A DNA stretch of 60,455 nucleotides, filler included. It is 5 parts of 5 records of this genome, joined end to end, with 100 filler letters (N's around TTAATTAATTAA, not from the genome) between each part and the next. Parts side by side here need not be neighbours in the genome. Positions count along the whole stretch, not along the records: positions 14,408 to 40,459 come from SRR2962707_3323; 4 more parts are not named here. One strand, given 5' to 3'. The position numbers and the translations under genes were made by a program. The notes under the pieces are model-generated. The model was given only the letters and a program-made list of their open reading frames with translations. It was not told the origin of the DNA and searched no databases. Shown one piece after another: positions 19,839 through 29,672 of the stretch. Each line of letters opens with the position of its first letter. Position 1 is the stretch's first letter.

Positions 19839-20840
19839 ATGTTTGAAAATATACAATTTGCAAATCCACAATTTTTCTGGTTGTTTTTAATACTTCCAGT
19901 GGCTATTGTTTGGTATTTTTTTAAACGAAAAAAAGAAACAGCTTCTTTAAAAATATCGAGTATAAAAGGCTTTAAAGGAGCGCCTTCAATGCTGGCTAAA
20001 TTAAAACCTTTGTTATTTGTTTTAAGATTATTGGCGTTATCAGCATTGATTGTTGCAATGGCAAGACCACAAAAAGAAGATATTTCAACACGTACTAAAA
20101 CTACACGAGGAATAGATATTGTAATGGCAATTGATGTTTCTTCAAGTATGTTAGCACGAGATTTAAAACCAAACAGACTAACTGCCTTAAAAAAAGTAGC
20201 TGCGGACTTTATAAAAGAACGTGTTAACGACCGTATTGGGCTGGTGGTTTATGCAGCAGAAAGTTTTACTAAAACCCCTATTACAAGTGATAAAGCTATT
20301 GTGCTACGCTCTTTAAACGATATTAAATACGGACAATTAGAGGATGGAACAGCAATAGGAATGGGATTAGCTACTTCTGTAAATAGATTAAAAGATAGCA
20401 AGGCTAAAAGCAAAGTAATTATCTTACTAACCGATGGAGTGAATAACTCTGGATTTATAGAGCCGCAAACTGCTGCAAGTTTGGCAATTGAGTATGGAAT
20501 AAAAACCTATACCATTGGCTTGGGAAGTAATGGGATGGCGTTGTCTCCAATTGCATACAATCCTGATGGAAGTTTTAGATATGGAATGAGTAAGGTAGAA
20601 ATTGACGAAGCTTTGCTTAAAGATATTGCAGAAAAAACTGGAGGGGTTTATTTTAGAGCTACCGATAATGAAAAGCTATCGGAGATTTACGAAGAGATTA
20701 ATAAATTAGAAAAAACCGATATTGAAGAGTTTAAATATTACAATTATGAAGAGGAGTTTAGAATGTTTGCACTTTTAGCATGCGGACTCTTAATGTTGGA
20801 ATATTTATTGAGATATACTGTTTTTAGAAGTTTTGTATAA
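19839..20840 (+). CDS. batA: Aerotolerance protein BatA (vWA)
   Basis: N-terminal 'FANPQFFWL', 'AMARPQ', MIDAS 'DVSSSM', 'LLTDG', 'YTIG'. Confidence 0.93.
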   Translation: MFENIQFANPQFFWLFLILPVAIVWYFFKRKKETASLKISSIKGFKGAPSMLAKLKPLLFVLRLLALSALIVAMARPQKEDISTRTKTTRGIDIVMAIDVSSSMLARDLKPNRLTALKKVAADFIKERVNDRIGLVVYAAESFTKTPITSDKAIVLRSLNDIKYGQLEDGTAIGMGLATSVNRLKDSKAKSKVIILLTDGVNNSGFIEPQTAASLAIEYGIKTYTIGLGSNGMALSPIAYNPDGSFRYGMSKVEIDEALLKDIAEKTGGVYFRATDNEKLSEIYEEINKLEKTDIEEFKYYNYEEEFRMFALLACGLLMLEYLLRYTVFRSFV

Positions 20841-20843
20841 GTT

Positions 20844-21899
20844 ATGGATATATATCAGTTAGACGAAAAAATATATTTCTACGTACTGGTTTTAATTCCA
20901 GTATTGTTATTGCTCTTTTTAGGGTTTAAGTTTTGGCAAAAAAGAACTCAGAAAAAGTTTGCCAATGCGTTATCATTAGAAAGATTAAGTCCAAACAAAT
21001 CAACGTTTAAATCGTTGCTAAAGTTGGTGTTTATTATGCTAGCAATTGCATGTTTGGCAATTGCTTTGGTAAATCCTAAAATTGGCACAAAGCTTGAAAC
21101 AGTTAAAAGGGAAGGGGTAGATATTGTTTTTGCTATTGATGTTTCAAAAAGTATGGAGGCAGAAGATATTGCTCCCAACAGATTGGAAAAAGCAAAGCGA
21201 ATAGTTTCTGAGATTATAAATAATTTGGCGAGCGATCGGATAGGGATTATTGCATATGCGGGACAGGCGTATCCGCAGTTGCCAATTACAACAGATTATG
21301 CGGCAGGGAAAATGTTTTTACAGAGCATGAATACAGATATGATGTCGTCTCAAGGAACAGCCATAAATGAGGCTATTGATTTGGCAACTACGTATTATGA
21401 CGATCAAGATCAGACAAATAGGGTCTTGTTTTTAATTTCCGATGGAGAAGATCATTCGGATATGGCATTAGAGTCTGTAGAAAAAGCTGAAAAAGCAGGG
21501 ATAAAAATTTTTACCATTGGTGTAGGAACCAAAAAAGGAGGTCCGATACCTATCAGAATAAATGGAATTATAGATTCTTATAAAAAAGACCAGCAGGGAG
21601 AGGTTGTAATTACACAGCTTAATGAAACTGTTTTAAGAGAAATAGCTTCGGAAGGAGATGGGGAATATATTAACGGATCAAATACCGAATCTGTAATTGA
21701 TTTTGTAACGGATACGTTAACAAAAATGGATAAAACTGAATTTGAATCCAAGCAATATGCCGATTTTAAAGATCAGTTTCAGTGGTTTATTGCAGCTGCA
21801 ATTTTGTTCTTGTTTCTAGATATTTTCTTATTGGAAAGAAAAACAGTTTGGATTCAGAAGTTAAACTTGTTTAATGAAACGAAGAAAGATGAAAAGTAA
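20844..21899 (+). CDS. batB: Aerotolerance protein BatB (vWA)
   Basis: 'DVSKSMEAEDIAPNRL', 'LPITTDY', 'ISDGEDH'. Follows batA. Confidence 0.92.
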   Translation: MDIYQLDEKIYFYVLVLIPVLLLLFLGFKFWQKRTQKKFANALSLERLSPNKSTFKSLLKLVFIMLAIACLAIALVNPKIGTKLETVKREGVDIVFAIDVSKSMEAEDIAPNRLEKAKRIVSEIINNLASDRIGIIAYAGQAYPQLPITTDYAAGKMFLQSMNTDMMSSQGTAINEAIDLATTYYDDQDQTNRVLFLISDGEDHSDMALESVEKAEKAGIKIFTIGVGTKKGGPIPIRINGIIDSYKKDQQGEVVITQLNETVLREIASEGDGEYINGSNTESVIDFVTDTLTKMDKTEFESKQYADFKDQFQWFIAAAILFLFLDIFLLERKTVWIQKLNLFNETKKDEK

Positions 21900-22839
21900 C
21901 ACAAAAATTATCAGCATAAAAGAGATTTCTGTTAGCGGAAAAATGATTTTTTTAGCTATTTTGGGACTTTTTTCATTTTCAGTAGTAAAAGCACAAGACA
22001 CAGAATCGATAGAAAAGGCTAAGCAAAAAGCTTTAAATGAATCTGTTGAGTATACTTATAAAGGAAATGAAGTGCTTGAAGAGAGTTCTGATGCTATTGC
22101 AGCAGAAATGGAGTATAGAAAAGCAGTTTCTAAAAGTTCGGACAATGCAAAAGCAAAGTACAACTTAGGAAATGTGTATTATAAGCAAGAAAGTATGGGA
22201 GAGGCCTTTATGCGTTATAAAGAGGCTGGAACTACTGCAAAAACTAAAGAAGAAAAGCATAGTGCATACCATAATTTAGGGAATGTATTTATGAAAAATA
22301 AAGAATATCAAAAGGCGGTAGAGGCTTATAAAGAAGCGTTGAGAAATGATCCAGCGGATGAAGAAACTCGCTATAACTTAGCATTGGCAAAAGAAATGCT
22401 AAAGAAACAGCAAGACGAAAATAAGAATAATCAGGATCAAAATAAAGACGATAAGCAAGACGAGAATAAAGATAACCAAGATCAGAATCAGGATAATAAA
22501 GACAATCAGGATAAGAAAGATGGGGATGAGGGAGATGAAAAAAAAGACGATCAAGGGAAGGAAGATGATAAAAATAATGAAGGCGACAATAAGGACGAGC
22601 AAGGCGAGAATCCTGAAGATCAAAAACAAGACGAAGGAAAGAACGATAAGCAAGATCAAAAGCAGAATCCTGGAGATAAGCCTCAAGAGCAACAGCAACA
22701 ACCTCGTCCTAATCAATTATCACCTCAGCAGGTAAAAAATATTTTGGAGGCGATGAACAACGAAGAAAAGAAAGTTCAAGAAAAAATAAATGCTGAAAAA
22801 GTAAAAGGAGCACCAGTAAAATCTGAAAAAGATTGGTAA
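21889..22839 (+). CDS. batC: BatC (TPR plus Q/D/N/K-rich tail); start uncertain (ORF track begins 21874)
   Basis: TPR 'YNLGN', 'YHNLGN', 'RYNLALA', low-complexity tail, C-terminal 'EKDW'. Confidence 0.9.
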   Translation: MKSNTKIISIKEISVSGKMIFLAILGLFSFSVVKAQDTESIEKAKQKALNESVEYTYKGNEVLEESSDAIAAEMEYRKAVSKSSDNAKAKYNLGNVYYKQESMGEAFMRYKEAGTTAKTKEEKHSAYHNLGNVFMKNKEYQKAVEAYKEALRNDPADEETRYNLALAKEMLKKQQDENKNNQDQNKDDKQDENKDNQDQNQDNKDNQDKKDGDEGDEKKDDQGKEDDKNNEGDNKDEQGENPEDQKQDEGKNDKQDQKQNPGDKPQEQQQQPRPNQLSPQQVKNILEAMNNEEKKVQEKINAEKVKGAPVKSEKDW

Positions 22840-22842
22840 AAA

Positions 22843-24630
22843 ATGAAAATTAAATTTTTAATACTTACTTTTTTTATATGTTTCTCGGGAGTTTTATTCT
22901 CTCAAGAGGAAGAAGTGCAGTTTGAGGCCAATGCTAGTAAGAAAAAACTTGGCGTAAATGAGCGCTTACGTGTAGAATTTAGCATGAATAAGGATGGCGA
23001 TAATTTTGTGCCACCTTCTTTTGAAGGTTTTAGAGTTTTAATGGGACCAAATCAATCTGTTAGTCATTCTTGGGTAAATGGAAAACGTTCTTTTTCAAAA
23101 TCGTATTCTTACGTTTTAACACCTTTGTCTAAAGGGAATTTTACAATTCAGCAGGCTAAAGTTGAAATAGAAGGAAATACGTATAAAACAACGCCTATAA
23201 AAATAGAGGTAACCGAAGCGGTTAACGACCCGAATGCGCCGCCTTCTGCCGATGATATTGCAGATGATAATTTGCATTTAGTAGCTGAGGTATCTAATGG
23301 GAGTCCGTATTTAAATGAGGCAGTAAGTGTGGTTTACAAATTGTATGTGAGTCCAAGCATTAATGTTTCTAATTTTCTTCCGAAGGCAAATCCAACGTAT
23401 AATAATTTTTGGTCTCAAGATATAAAAGTTACCAGATTTCAGGTAGAGAATGGTTTGTACGAAGGAAAACAATACCGTTATGTGGTTTTAAAACGTGTGG
23501 TATTATATCCTCAAAAAACGGGCTCTTTAGAAATTGAACCGCTCTCATTGGATGTAACTGTAGATGTTCCAACTAATAGGAGAGATGTTTTTGGCGGAAG
23601 ATTGTTTACGCAAACTAATAAAACAGTTACTGCTGGGCAACGTATTATTAAAGTAAAACCACTTCCAGAGGCTGGAAAACCAGCAGGATTTACAGGTGCT
23701 GTTGGACAATTTGATTTTGATGTAATTACTTCAAAATCCGATTTAAAAGCGAACGAATCTTTAACTGCTAAAATTCAGGTAACTGGAAAAGGAAACTTAA
23801 AACTTTTTAACTTGCCAAAGCTTACGCTTCCAAGTTCGTTGGAGGTTTATGAGCCTGAACATGAAGAAAATGTTTCTACGAATTTATCTGGAATGAGCGG
23901 AAAAATTTCCGACAATTATACTATTGTTCCGCAATTCAAAGGGAAGTATCCTATTCCTGGCGTAGCATTCTCTTATTTTGATCCTAAAGAAGAGAAATAC
24001 AAAACAGTTACTTCACAACAATCCCTAGTAAATGTTTATGAAGGACCGTCCAGTGCTGCGGTAGCAAATGAAGCGACCAGAGATAGTGATGCTATCAATA
24101 AGCAACCTATAGCTACCTTGGGCGACCAATTTAGATTTATAAAATTAGACACCAATTTATATGCTAAAGAAGCTTCTGTTTTCTTCGGTTCTATTTTGTA
24201 TTATATATTGCTACTAGTTCCTTTACTTTTAATTCCTATTGCTATTTTAATAGGGAAGAAAAGAGCAGCTATGGCTGGAGATGTAGTTGGAAATAGAGTT
24301 AGAAAGGCTAATAAGTTGGCTAAGAAATATTTATCAGAAGCAAAAAGAAATCTTGGTAATAAAGAGGCATTCTACGAATCTTTAGAAAGAGCGCTACATA
24401 ATTACTTACGAGCAAAATTGAAGTTGGTAACGTCTGAATTTAGTAAAGAAAAAATAAGCGAATTACTACTTTCTAAAAATGTAGAAAAGCAGGGGGTAGA
24501 TAATTTTATAGCATTACTAAAAAGTTGTGAATTGGCAAGGTATTCTCCAAGTACAACAGCAGAAATGCAAAGCGATTACAATAAAGCAGCCGAAGTTATT
24601 TCGTTAATCGATAAACAGTTTAAATCATGA
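22843..24630 (+). CDS. batD: BatD
   Basis: Signal peptide, 'GPNQSVS', 'FTGAVGQF', 'GKGNL', C-terminal TM. Expected operon position. Confidence 0.92.
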   Translation: MKIKFLILTFFICFSGVLFSQEEEVQFEANASKKKLGVNERLRVEFSMNKDGDNFVPPSFEGFRVLMGPNQSVSHSWVNGKRSFSKSYSYVLTPLSKGNFTIQQAKVEIEGNTYKTTPIKIEVTEAVNDPNAPPSADDIADDNLHLVAEVSNGSPYLNEAVSVVYKLYVSPSINVSNFLPKANPTYNNFWSQDIKVTRFQVENGLYEGKQYRYVVLKRVVLYPQKTGSLEIEPLSLDVTVDVPTNRRDVFGGRLFTQTNKTVTAGQRIIKVKPLPEAGKPAGFTGAVGQFDFDVITSKSDLKANESLTAKIQVTGKGNLKLFNLPKLTLPSSLEVYEPEHEENVSTNLSGMSGKISDNYTIVPQFKGKYPIPGVAFSYFDPKEEKYKTVTSQQSLVNVYEGPSSAAVANEATRDSDAINKQPIATLGDQFRFIKLDTNLYAKEASVFFGSILYYILLLVPLLLIPIAILIGKKRAAMAGDVVGNRVRKANKLAKKYLSEAKRNLGNKEAFYESLERALHNYLRAKLKLVTSEFSKEKISELLLSKNVEKQGVDNFIALLKSCELARYSPSTTAEMQSDYNKAAEVISLIDKQFKS

Positions 24631-25409
24631 TGAAGGCTTGTAAAAGTTTACTTAGCGGATTTGTTTTTACGTTGTTTTTATTGACAGCTTATGTTGGGGT
24701 AGCCCAAAATGAAGCGGTGTTTAAGCAAGGTAACGATTTATACAACGAGGGGAAATATCAAAAAGCAATAGAAAAATATCTTGAGGTATCTCAAAGTGGA
24801 GTTCATTCTGCTGCTCTTTATTATAATTTAGCCAATGGATATTATAAATTAAATCAAATAGCACCAAGTATCTATTATTATGAAAAAGCTCTCTTGCTTT
24901 CTCCTAATGATGCAGATATTAAAAATAATTTGCACTTTGCAGAAAACATGACGGTAGATGCTATTGATGTGATGCCGCAAACTGGTTTAGCAAAATTAGC
25001 CACCAATATAATCTTTAAATTATCATACAATACATGGGCTATTCTGTCTATTTTATTTATGGTGTTGTTTGTTGTTGGTTTCTTACTGTATTACTTTGCT
25101 AGCTACCATACAAGAAAGCGGATTTATTTTGCGCTAAGTATTTTATTCCTGTTATTTTCTATAGCTAGTTATGGTTTTTCATATTACCAATACGGAGTAG
25201 AAAACAATAGAAAACCTGCCATAATTTTTGCTAAAGAAACTTCTGTAATGTCAGAACCTAATATGGGCAGCACCGAGGTATTTTTATTGCATGAAGGGAC
25301 TAAAGTTAATATTTTGGAAACCTTAGGAGGTTGGAAAAAGATTAAGCTAGCAGATGGTAAAATAGGTTGGCTACCCGATACTGATTTAAAAGAAATTAAA
25401 GACTTTTAA
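24627..25409 (+). CDS. batE: BatE (TPR, TM, SH3-like)
   Basis: 'YYNLANGYYK', 'YYYEKALLLSP', 'LHEGTKV', 'GWL'. Confidence 0.92.
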   Translation: MMKACKSLLSGFVFTLFLLTAYVGVAQNEAVFKQGNDLYNEGKYQKAIEKYLEVSQSGVHSAALYYNLANGYYKLNQIAPSIYYYEKALLLSPNDADIKNNLHFAENMTVDAIDVMPQTGLAKLATNIIFKLSYNTWAILSILFMVLFVVGFLLYYFASYHTRKRIYFALSILFLLFSIASYGFSYYQYGVENNRKPAIIFAKETSVMSEPNMGSTEVFLLHEGTKVNILETLGGWKKIKLADGKIGWLPDTDLKEIKDF

Positions 25410-25467
25410 AAAATCCTTAACAGATAATTCAGTAACAAACATTATATTTGTTATTGATGTTAATTAA

Positions 25468-25791
25468 TTGTCAGTATTGAATACGAATAAGAAAATATTT
25501 GTGGGTTTTTTCCTCTTTATATTTTGCTCCTTCTTAATAACTCCAGCTATATTGACTGTTGTTGAGAAAGATGCAGACGTATCCTACTTTTATAGTATGA
25601 CAGAAGAAGAGAAGAAGGACAATAATACTAGCAGTGAATTAAAAGAACTCAAAGAGTTACCTTACCCAAAAGAGGAAGGTTTTTATATTTCTCAGATTAT
25701 TACAAAAAGAAAAAATTACCATTACTTCGTAAAACATCACTATAGTCAAGTGATGGATGTTATTATTCCACCTCCAGAATATATTTCCTAA
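25468..25791 (+). CDS. Small membrane-anchored protein with C-terminal PPP motif
   Basis: N-terminal hydrophobic helix, acidic 'EEE', ends 'HHY...IIPPPEYIS'. A TAnnTTTG-type promoter element lies at about 25443. Confidence 0.65.
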   Translation: MSVLNTNKKIFVGFFLFIFCSFLITPAILTVVEKDADVSYFYSMTEEEKKDNNTSSELKELKELPYPKEEGFYISQIITKRKNYHYFVKHHYSQVMDVIIPPPEYIS

Positions 25792-25976
25792 TTAGATTTA
25801 AGGAATATTATTTCCAATAGTTTCTACTTTAAGAGTAAAAATTGGGTTATTTCCAATATGCTAACTATTGTTTATTATTCTATTTAAAATCTGATTACCT
25901 ACACGTTTTTCACGCAAATTTTAAGTAAAATTTTAATAAGTTTTCACCTCTTGTGAAAACAAAAATATAGTTAGTT

Positions 25977-27557
25977 ATGTTTAAACATCTAAAAAATGAT
26001 TTACCGGCGAGTCTTGTCGTGTTTTTCGTAGCCCTACCATTGTGTTTAGGGATTGCATTAGCCAGTGGTGCCCCTTTATTTTCTGGTTTAATAGCTGGTA
26101 TTGTTGGAGGTATTGTAGTTGGTAGTATAAGTGGTTCTTCCATTGGAGTAAGTGGACCAGCAGCTGGATTGGCAGTTATTGTATTAGCTGCAATAGCCTC
26201 TTTAGGATTTGAGAATTTTTTAGTTGCGGTAATTATTGGAGGTGTAATTCAAATTCTCTTAGGTGTTTTAAAAGCAGGTATTATTGGGTATTATTTTCCT
26301 TCATCTGTAATTAAGGGGATGTTGGCTGCCATAGGGGTTATTATTTTTTTAAAGCAAATACCGCATGCTTTTGGATATGATTCCGATTATGAGGGAGATT
26401 TAGATTTTTTCCAATTGGATGGTGAGAATACGTTTTCGGCATTAGGTTCTATGTTAGATTTTATCTCTCCAGGAGCCATTTTAGTAACGTGCATTTCGTT
26501 GTTTATTTTACTGTTTTGGGAAAAAGTATTATCAAAAAAACACGATATATTTAAAATTATCCCTGGACCATTAGTAGCCGTAATTGTTGGGATTTTATAT
26601 TATATGTTAGTAGATTCTAACTCTAGTTTTGGAATAGCTACAGACCATTTAGTATCGGTACCTGTACCAGAAAGTGCTTCAGATTTTATTGGGCAGTTTA
26701 CGTTTCCTAATTTTGCAGCAATTACAAACCCGCAAGTATGGGTAACTGGTGTTACAATTGCGATTGTAGCAAGTTTAGAAACACTTTTGTGTGTGGAAGC
26801 AACAGATAAAATGGATCCAGAAAAAAGAACAACACCTACCAATAGAGAGCTTTTTGCACAAGGGGCAGGAAACATTGTTTCTGGATTTATAGGTGGACTT
26901 CCAATTACACAAGTTATTGTGCGTAGTTCTGCTAACCTTCAATCGGGAGGTAAAACAAAATTATCGGCAATTATTCATGGAGTGTTGCTCCTTGGATCTG
27001 TAATTTTAATTCCATTATTACTTAATAAAATACCACTAGCTGTATTAGCGGCAATCTTACTTATTGTAGGTTATAAATTAGCAAAACCAGCATTGTTTAA
27101 GCAGATGTTTAAGTTGGGAAAAGAACAATTTATTCCTTTTATTGTAACTGTTTTAGGAGTAGTGTTTACAGATTTATTAATGGGAATAGGATTAGGATTG
27201 GCTGTAGGGATTACAATGATTTTAATAAAGAACTATCAAAACTCACACTTCTTACATATTGAGAAAACAGATGAAGGGAGTCATATTGTAAAAATGACTT
27301 TAGCAGAAGAAATTTCTTTTCTGAATAAAGGAGCAATTCTGAAAGAGTTAAATGCGTTGCCAAATGATACTCTTCTGGAGTTAGATGTTACAAAAACGCT
27401 ACGTTTGAACTATGACATTTTGGAAATTCTAGATGATTTTGCTATTAAAGCGAAAGATAAAAATATAGAAGTTAAGTTAATTTCCAACAAAGGAGTTGTG
27501 TACAACCCTAAAAATTACACTTCATTTTTTAGAGCAAAAAATAGCGAAGCAGCTTAA
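25977..27557 (+). CDS. SulP/SLC26 anion (likely bicarbonate) transporter
   Basis: 'DLPASLVVFFVALPLCLGIALASGAP', 'VSGPAAGL', 'TQVIVRSSAN', short STAS-like tail. Adjacent to carbonic anhydrase. Confidence 0.93.
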   Translation: MFKHLKNDLPASLVVFFVALPLCLGIALASGAPLFSGLIAGIVGGIVVGSISGSSIGVSGPAAGLAVIVLAAIASLGFENFLVAVIIGGVIQILLGVLKAGIIGYYFPSSVIKGMLAAIGVIIFLKQIPHAFGYDSDYEGDLDFFQLDGENTFSALGSMLDFISPGAILVTCISLFILLFWEKVLSKKHDIFKIIPGPLVAVIVGILYYMLVDSNSSFGIATDHLVSVPVPESASDFIGQFTFPNFAAITNPQVWVTGVTIAIVASLETLLCVEATDKMDPEKRTTPTNRELFAQGAGNIVSGFIGGLPITQVIVRSSANLQSGGKTKLSAIIHGVLLLGSVILIPLLLNKIPLAVLAAILLIVGYKLAKPALFKQMFKLGKEQFIPFIVTVLGVVFTDLLMGIGLGLAVGITMILIKNYQNSHFLHIEKTDEGSHIVKMTLAEEISFLNKGAILKELNALPNDTLLELDVTKTLRLNYDILEILDDFAIKAKDKNIEVKLISNKGVVYNPKNYTSFFRAKNSEAA

Positions 27558-27598
27558 TAAATTATATAAAAAAGTTTAATTTTAAGAAAAATATTAGA

Positions 27599-28225
27599 AT
27601 GAATTTAGATAAGGTATTTGACAATAATAAAAAGTGGATTGAATCTAAACTTGATGTAGATTCAAATTATTTTGAAGATTTAGGAAAAGGACAAAGTCCA
27701 GAGTTACTATACATAGGTTGTTCAGATAGTAGGGTAACTGCAGAGGATTTAATGGGTTTACAGCCAGGTGAGGTTTTTGTTCATAGAAACATTGCAAATA
27801 TGGTTGTAGGAACAGACTTGAATGCAATGTCTGTATTAGATTACGCCGTTAACCATTTAAAAGTAAACCATGTAGTGGTTTGTGGACATTTTTCTTGTGG
27901 AGGTGTAAAAGCAGCTATGCAATCGGCAGATTTAGGAATTTTAAATCCATGGTTAAGAAATATTCGAGATGTATACCGTTTACATAAAACCGAATTAAAT
28001 GCTATTGACGATGAAGATAAGCGTTACGACCGTTTAGTGGAGTTAAATGTTCAAGAGCAATGTGTAAACCTTATTAAAACTGCAACTGTACAAAAAGCGG
28101 TTCGTAGTAGAGGACTTAAAGTTCATGGTTGGGTATTTGATATTCATACTGGAAAATTAATTGACTTAAAGATTGATTTAGATGGTATTTTGAAAAATAT
28201 TATGGAAATCTATCATTTAGATTAA
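27599..28225 (+). CDS. can: Beta-class carbonic anhydrase
   Basis: Zn ligands 'GCSDSR' and 'CGH..CGG', plus 'FVHRNIAN'. Confidence 0.95.
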   Translation: MNLDKVFDNNKKWIESKLDVDSNYFEDLGKGQSPELLYIGCSDSRVTAEDLMGLQPGEVFVHRNIANMVVGTDLNAMSVLDYAVNHLKVNHVVVCGHFSCGGVKAAMQSADLGILNPWLRNIRDVYRLHKTELNAIDDEDKRYDRLVELNVQEQCVNLIKTATVQKAVRSRGLKVHGWVFDIHTGKLIDLKIDLDGILKNIMEIYHLD

Positions 28226-28246
28226 GCTATCATTTAATAATTGAAG

Positions 28247-28375
28247 TGGCTGTCTAAAAAGTATCTAAACTTTAAATGTTATCCTGAGCTTGTTGAAGGA
28301 TGCTTTTGAGTATTAGTTGTTTAAAACTTCGAAAAGCTTAGTTTTAACAATTATAAATTACTTTTTAAACAGCCA
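28247..28375. mobile_element. MITE-like element with 17-bp terminal inverted repeats enclosing an inverted REP-like pair
   Basis: TGGCTGTCTAAAAAGTA (28247-28263) vs TACTTTTTAAACAGCCA (28359-28375), 1 mismatch. Internal GTTATCCTGAGCTTGTTGAAG and CTTCGAAAAGCTTAGTTTTAAC. Confidence 0.65.
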
Positions 28376-28505
28376 TTTTTTTGTTTAAAATAGAAAAGAA
28401 ACGAAAAATTTCCTCTATAAATAATAACTTGTGGGAACTATAATTTATTCTTTTCTCCTATAGTATAGGGTCTTGTATCTTTATTCAGATACTATATTTA
28501 ATATT

Positions 28506-28994
28506 TTAGGAAGTTTCTCTAAGCACCCAATCAAAAACAAAGCCTCCAATCTCTTTAACGGGTTTATAGGTAGCTGAGCTGTCTATAGTTTCTTGCTTTA
28601 TAAACTCAATAGTTTGATTGGTTCTGTCTATAAAAATTAAAATAGCTCCTAAAATTACCACTATTTTTAATCCGCCAAAAGCAGCTCCAAAAAACCTATT
28701 TAATAAGCCTAAAGCAGCTAAATTAGCAATTTTTGTAAGTAGTTTTCCTATAAGAGAGACAGCCAATATTATAACGATAAAGGTGATAGCAAAGGCAGTA
28801 AGGCTAACGTATTTTTGTTCCCAGTCGACTTTTTCTTGAAGGAAATCGCCCACAAAATATGAAAAGTGGATGGCGCCATAGATTCCAAGAATAAGTGCAA
28901 CTAAGGAGGCTACTTCTATAAAAAGCCCTTTCATAAATCCGCGTACAATTCCGAAGATAATAAGTCCGCCTAAAACGATGTCAATGTAATTCAT
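28506..28994 (-). CDS. cvpA: CvpA family (colicin V production) membrane protein
   Basis: 'MNYIDIV...GIVRGFMKGLFIE', 'LNRFFGAAFG'. Confidence 0.92.
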   Translation of the reverse strand: MNYIDIVLGGLIIFGIVRGFMKGLFIEVASLVALILGIYGAIHFSYFVGDFLQEKVDWEQKYVSLTAFAITFIVIILAVSLIGKLLTKIANLAALGLLNRFFGAAFGGLKIVVILGAILIFIDRTNQTIEFIKQETIDSSATYKPVKEIGGFVFDWVLRETS

Positions 28995-29097
28995 TCAGAA
29001 AATCATTTTAACAAATATACATTTTAGATTTTTAGAAATTAAAATGCTATGATGTTAATAGAAAAATTATCTTCTTACTTTTGCACAAAATTATAAA

Positions 29098-29454
29098 ATG
29101 GCAAGAGACGAGGTTTTAAAAATGAAATGGGATTTGTTGGTTGGAAAACTCTCAAATCAATTTGCAGATGGGGATGAATTAGAGCTTGATGCTATTATTT
29201 ACTTAATAGGGGTTCAAGAGCTTGGGCAACTTAATAGAAAGTTTAAAAAGGACGAAAAGCTTAATTTAATGCATATTGCTATTTGCCGACTTTTAGAGCC
29301 TTATGGATATTATGAGTTTGATTTTTTTGATGATGATGGTTGGCCACATTATACAATGAAAGAGCAATTACCTACCCTAAAAGCAGGAGAACAGTCGGTT
29401 TTGATGAAAGAAGCTATTGTACAGTATTTTACAGATAGTGGTTATATAGAATAG
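29098..29454 (+). CDS. Conserved hypothetical protein (Bacteroidetes type)
   Basis: Clean ORF ('IIYLIGVQELG', 'MHIAICRLL'). TACTTTTG -7 promoter element at about 29076. Confidence 0.8.
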   Translation: MARDEVLKMKWDLLVGKLSNQFADGDELELDAIIYLIGVQELGQLNRKFKKDEKLNLMHIAICRLLEPYGYYEFDFFDDDGWPHYTMKEQLPTLKAGEQSVLMKEAIVQYFTDSGYIE

Positions 29455-29486
29455 TAAAAAAAACAATATAGAGTGCGCTAGTTATA

Positions 29487-29567
29487 GCTGCTAGCCCCGA
29501 TTGAGCCAACTACCCCGTCTGTTTGGCAGAGACAAACAGCCGTGTAGTGGGGAAAGCGGGAAACAGC
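29487..29567 (+). ncRNA. Structured intergenic element resembling the Flavobacterial Flavo-1-type RNA motif/repeat
   Basis: AGCCCCGATTG...GAAAGCGGGA ends with nested stems (CCCG/CGGG, ACTAC/GTAGT, CTGTTTG/CAAACAG). The family resemblance is from recall and has not been searched. Confidence 0.45.
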
Positions 29568-29672
29568 GATTTATATTTTCGCAAGCTAAAAAGCTTCTAA
29601 AAAAGAATTATAAGTTGAAGGAAACGGCAAATATTCTTTAGAAATCTTTAAATTTGCCCTTCCAAAGAAAAA

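Noticed and set aside
22400-22720. Q/D/N/K repeat tract and the hydrophobic antisense ORF 22399-22716
   Set aside because: Normal low-complexity tail of BatC. The antisense 'membrane protein' is its mirror image.
16122-25409. moxR-DUF58-bat cluster as a novel system
   Set aside because: Well-known conserved Bacteroidetes operon in its standard order.
29455-29672. T-box or pheM-type attenuator upstream of pheS
   Set aside because: No T-box consensus and no Phe-rich leader ORF. pheS without adjacent pheT is usual in Bacteroidetes.
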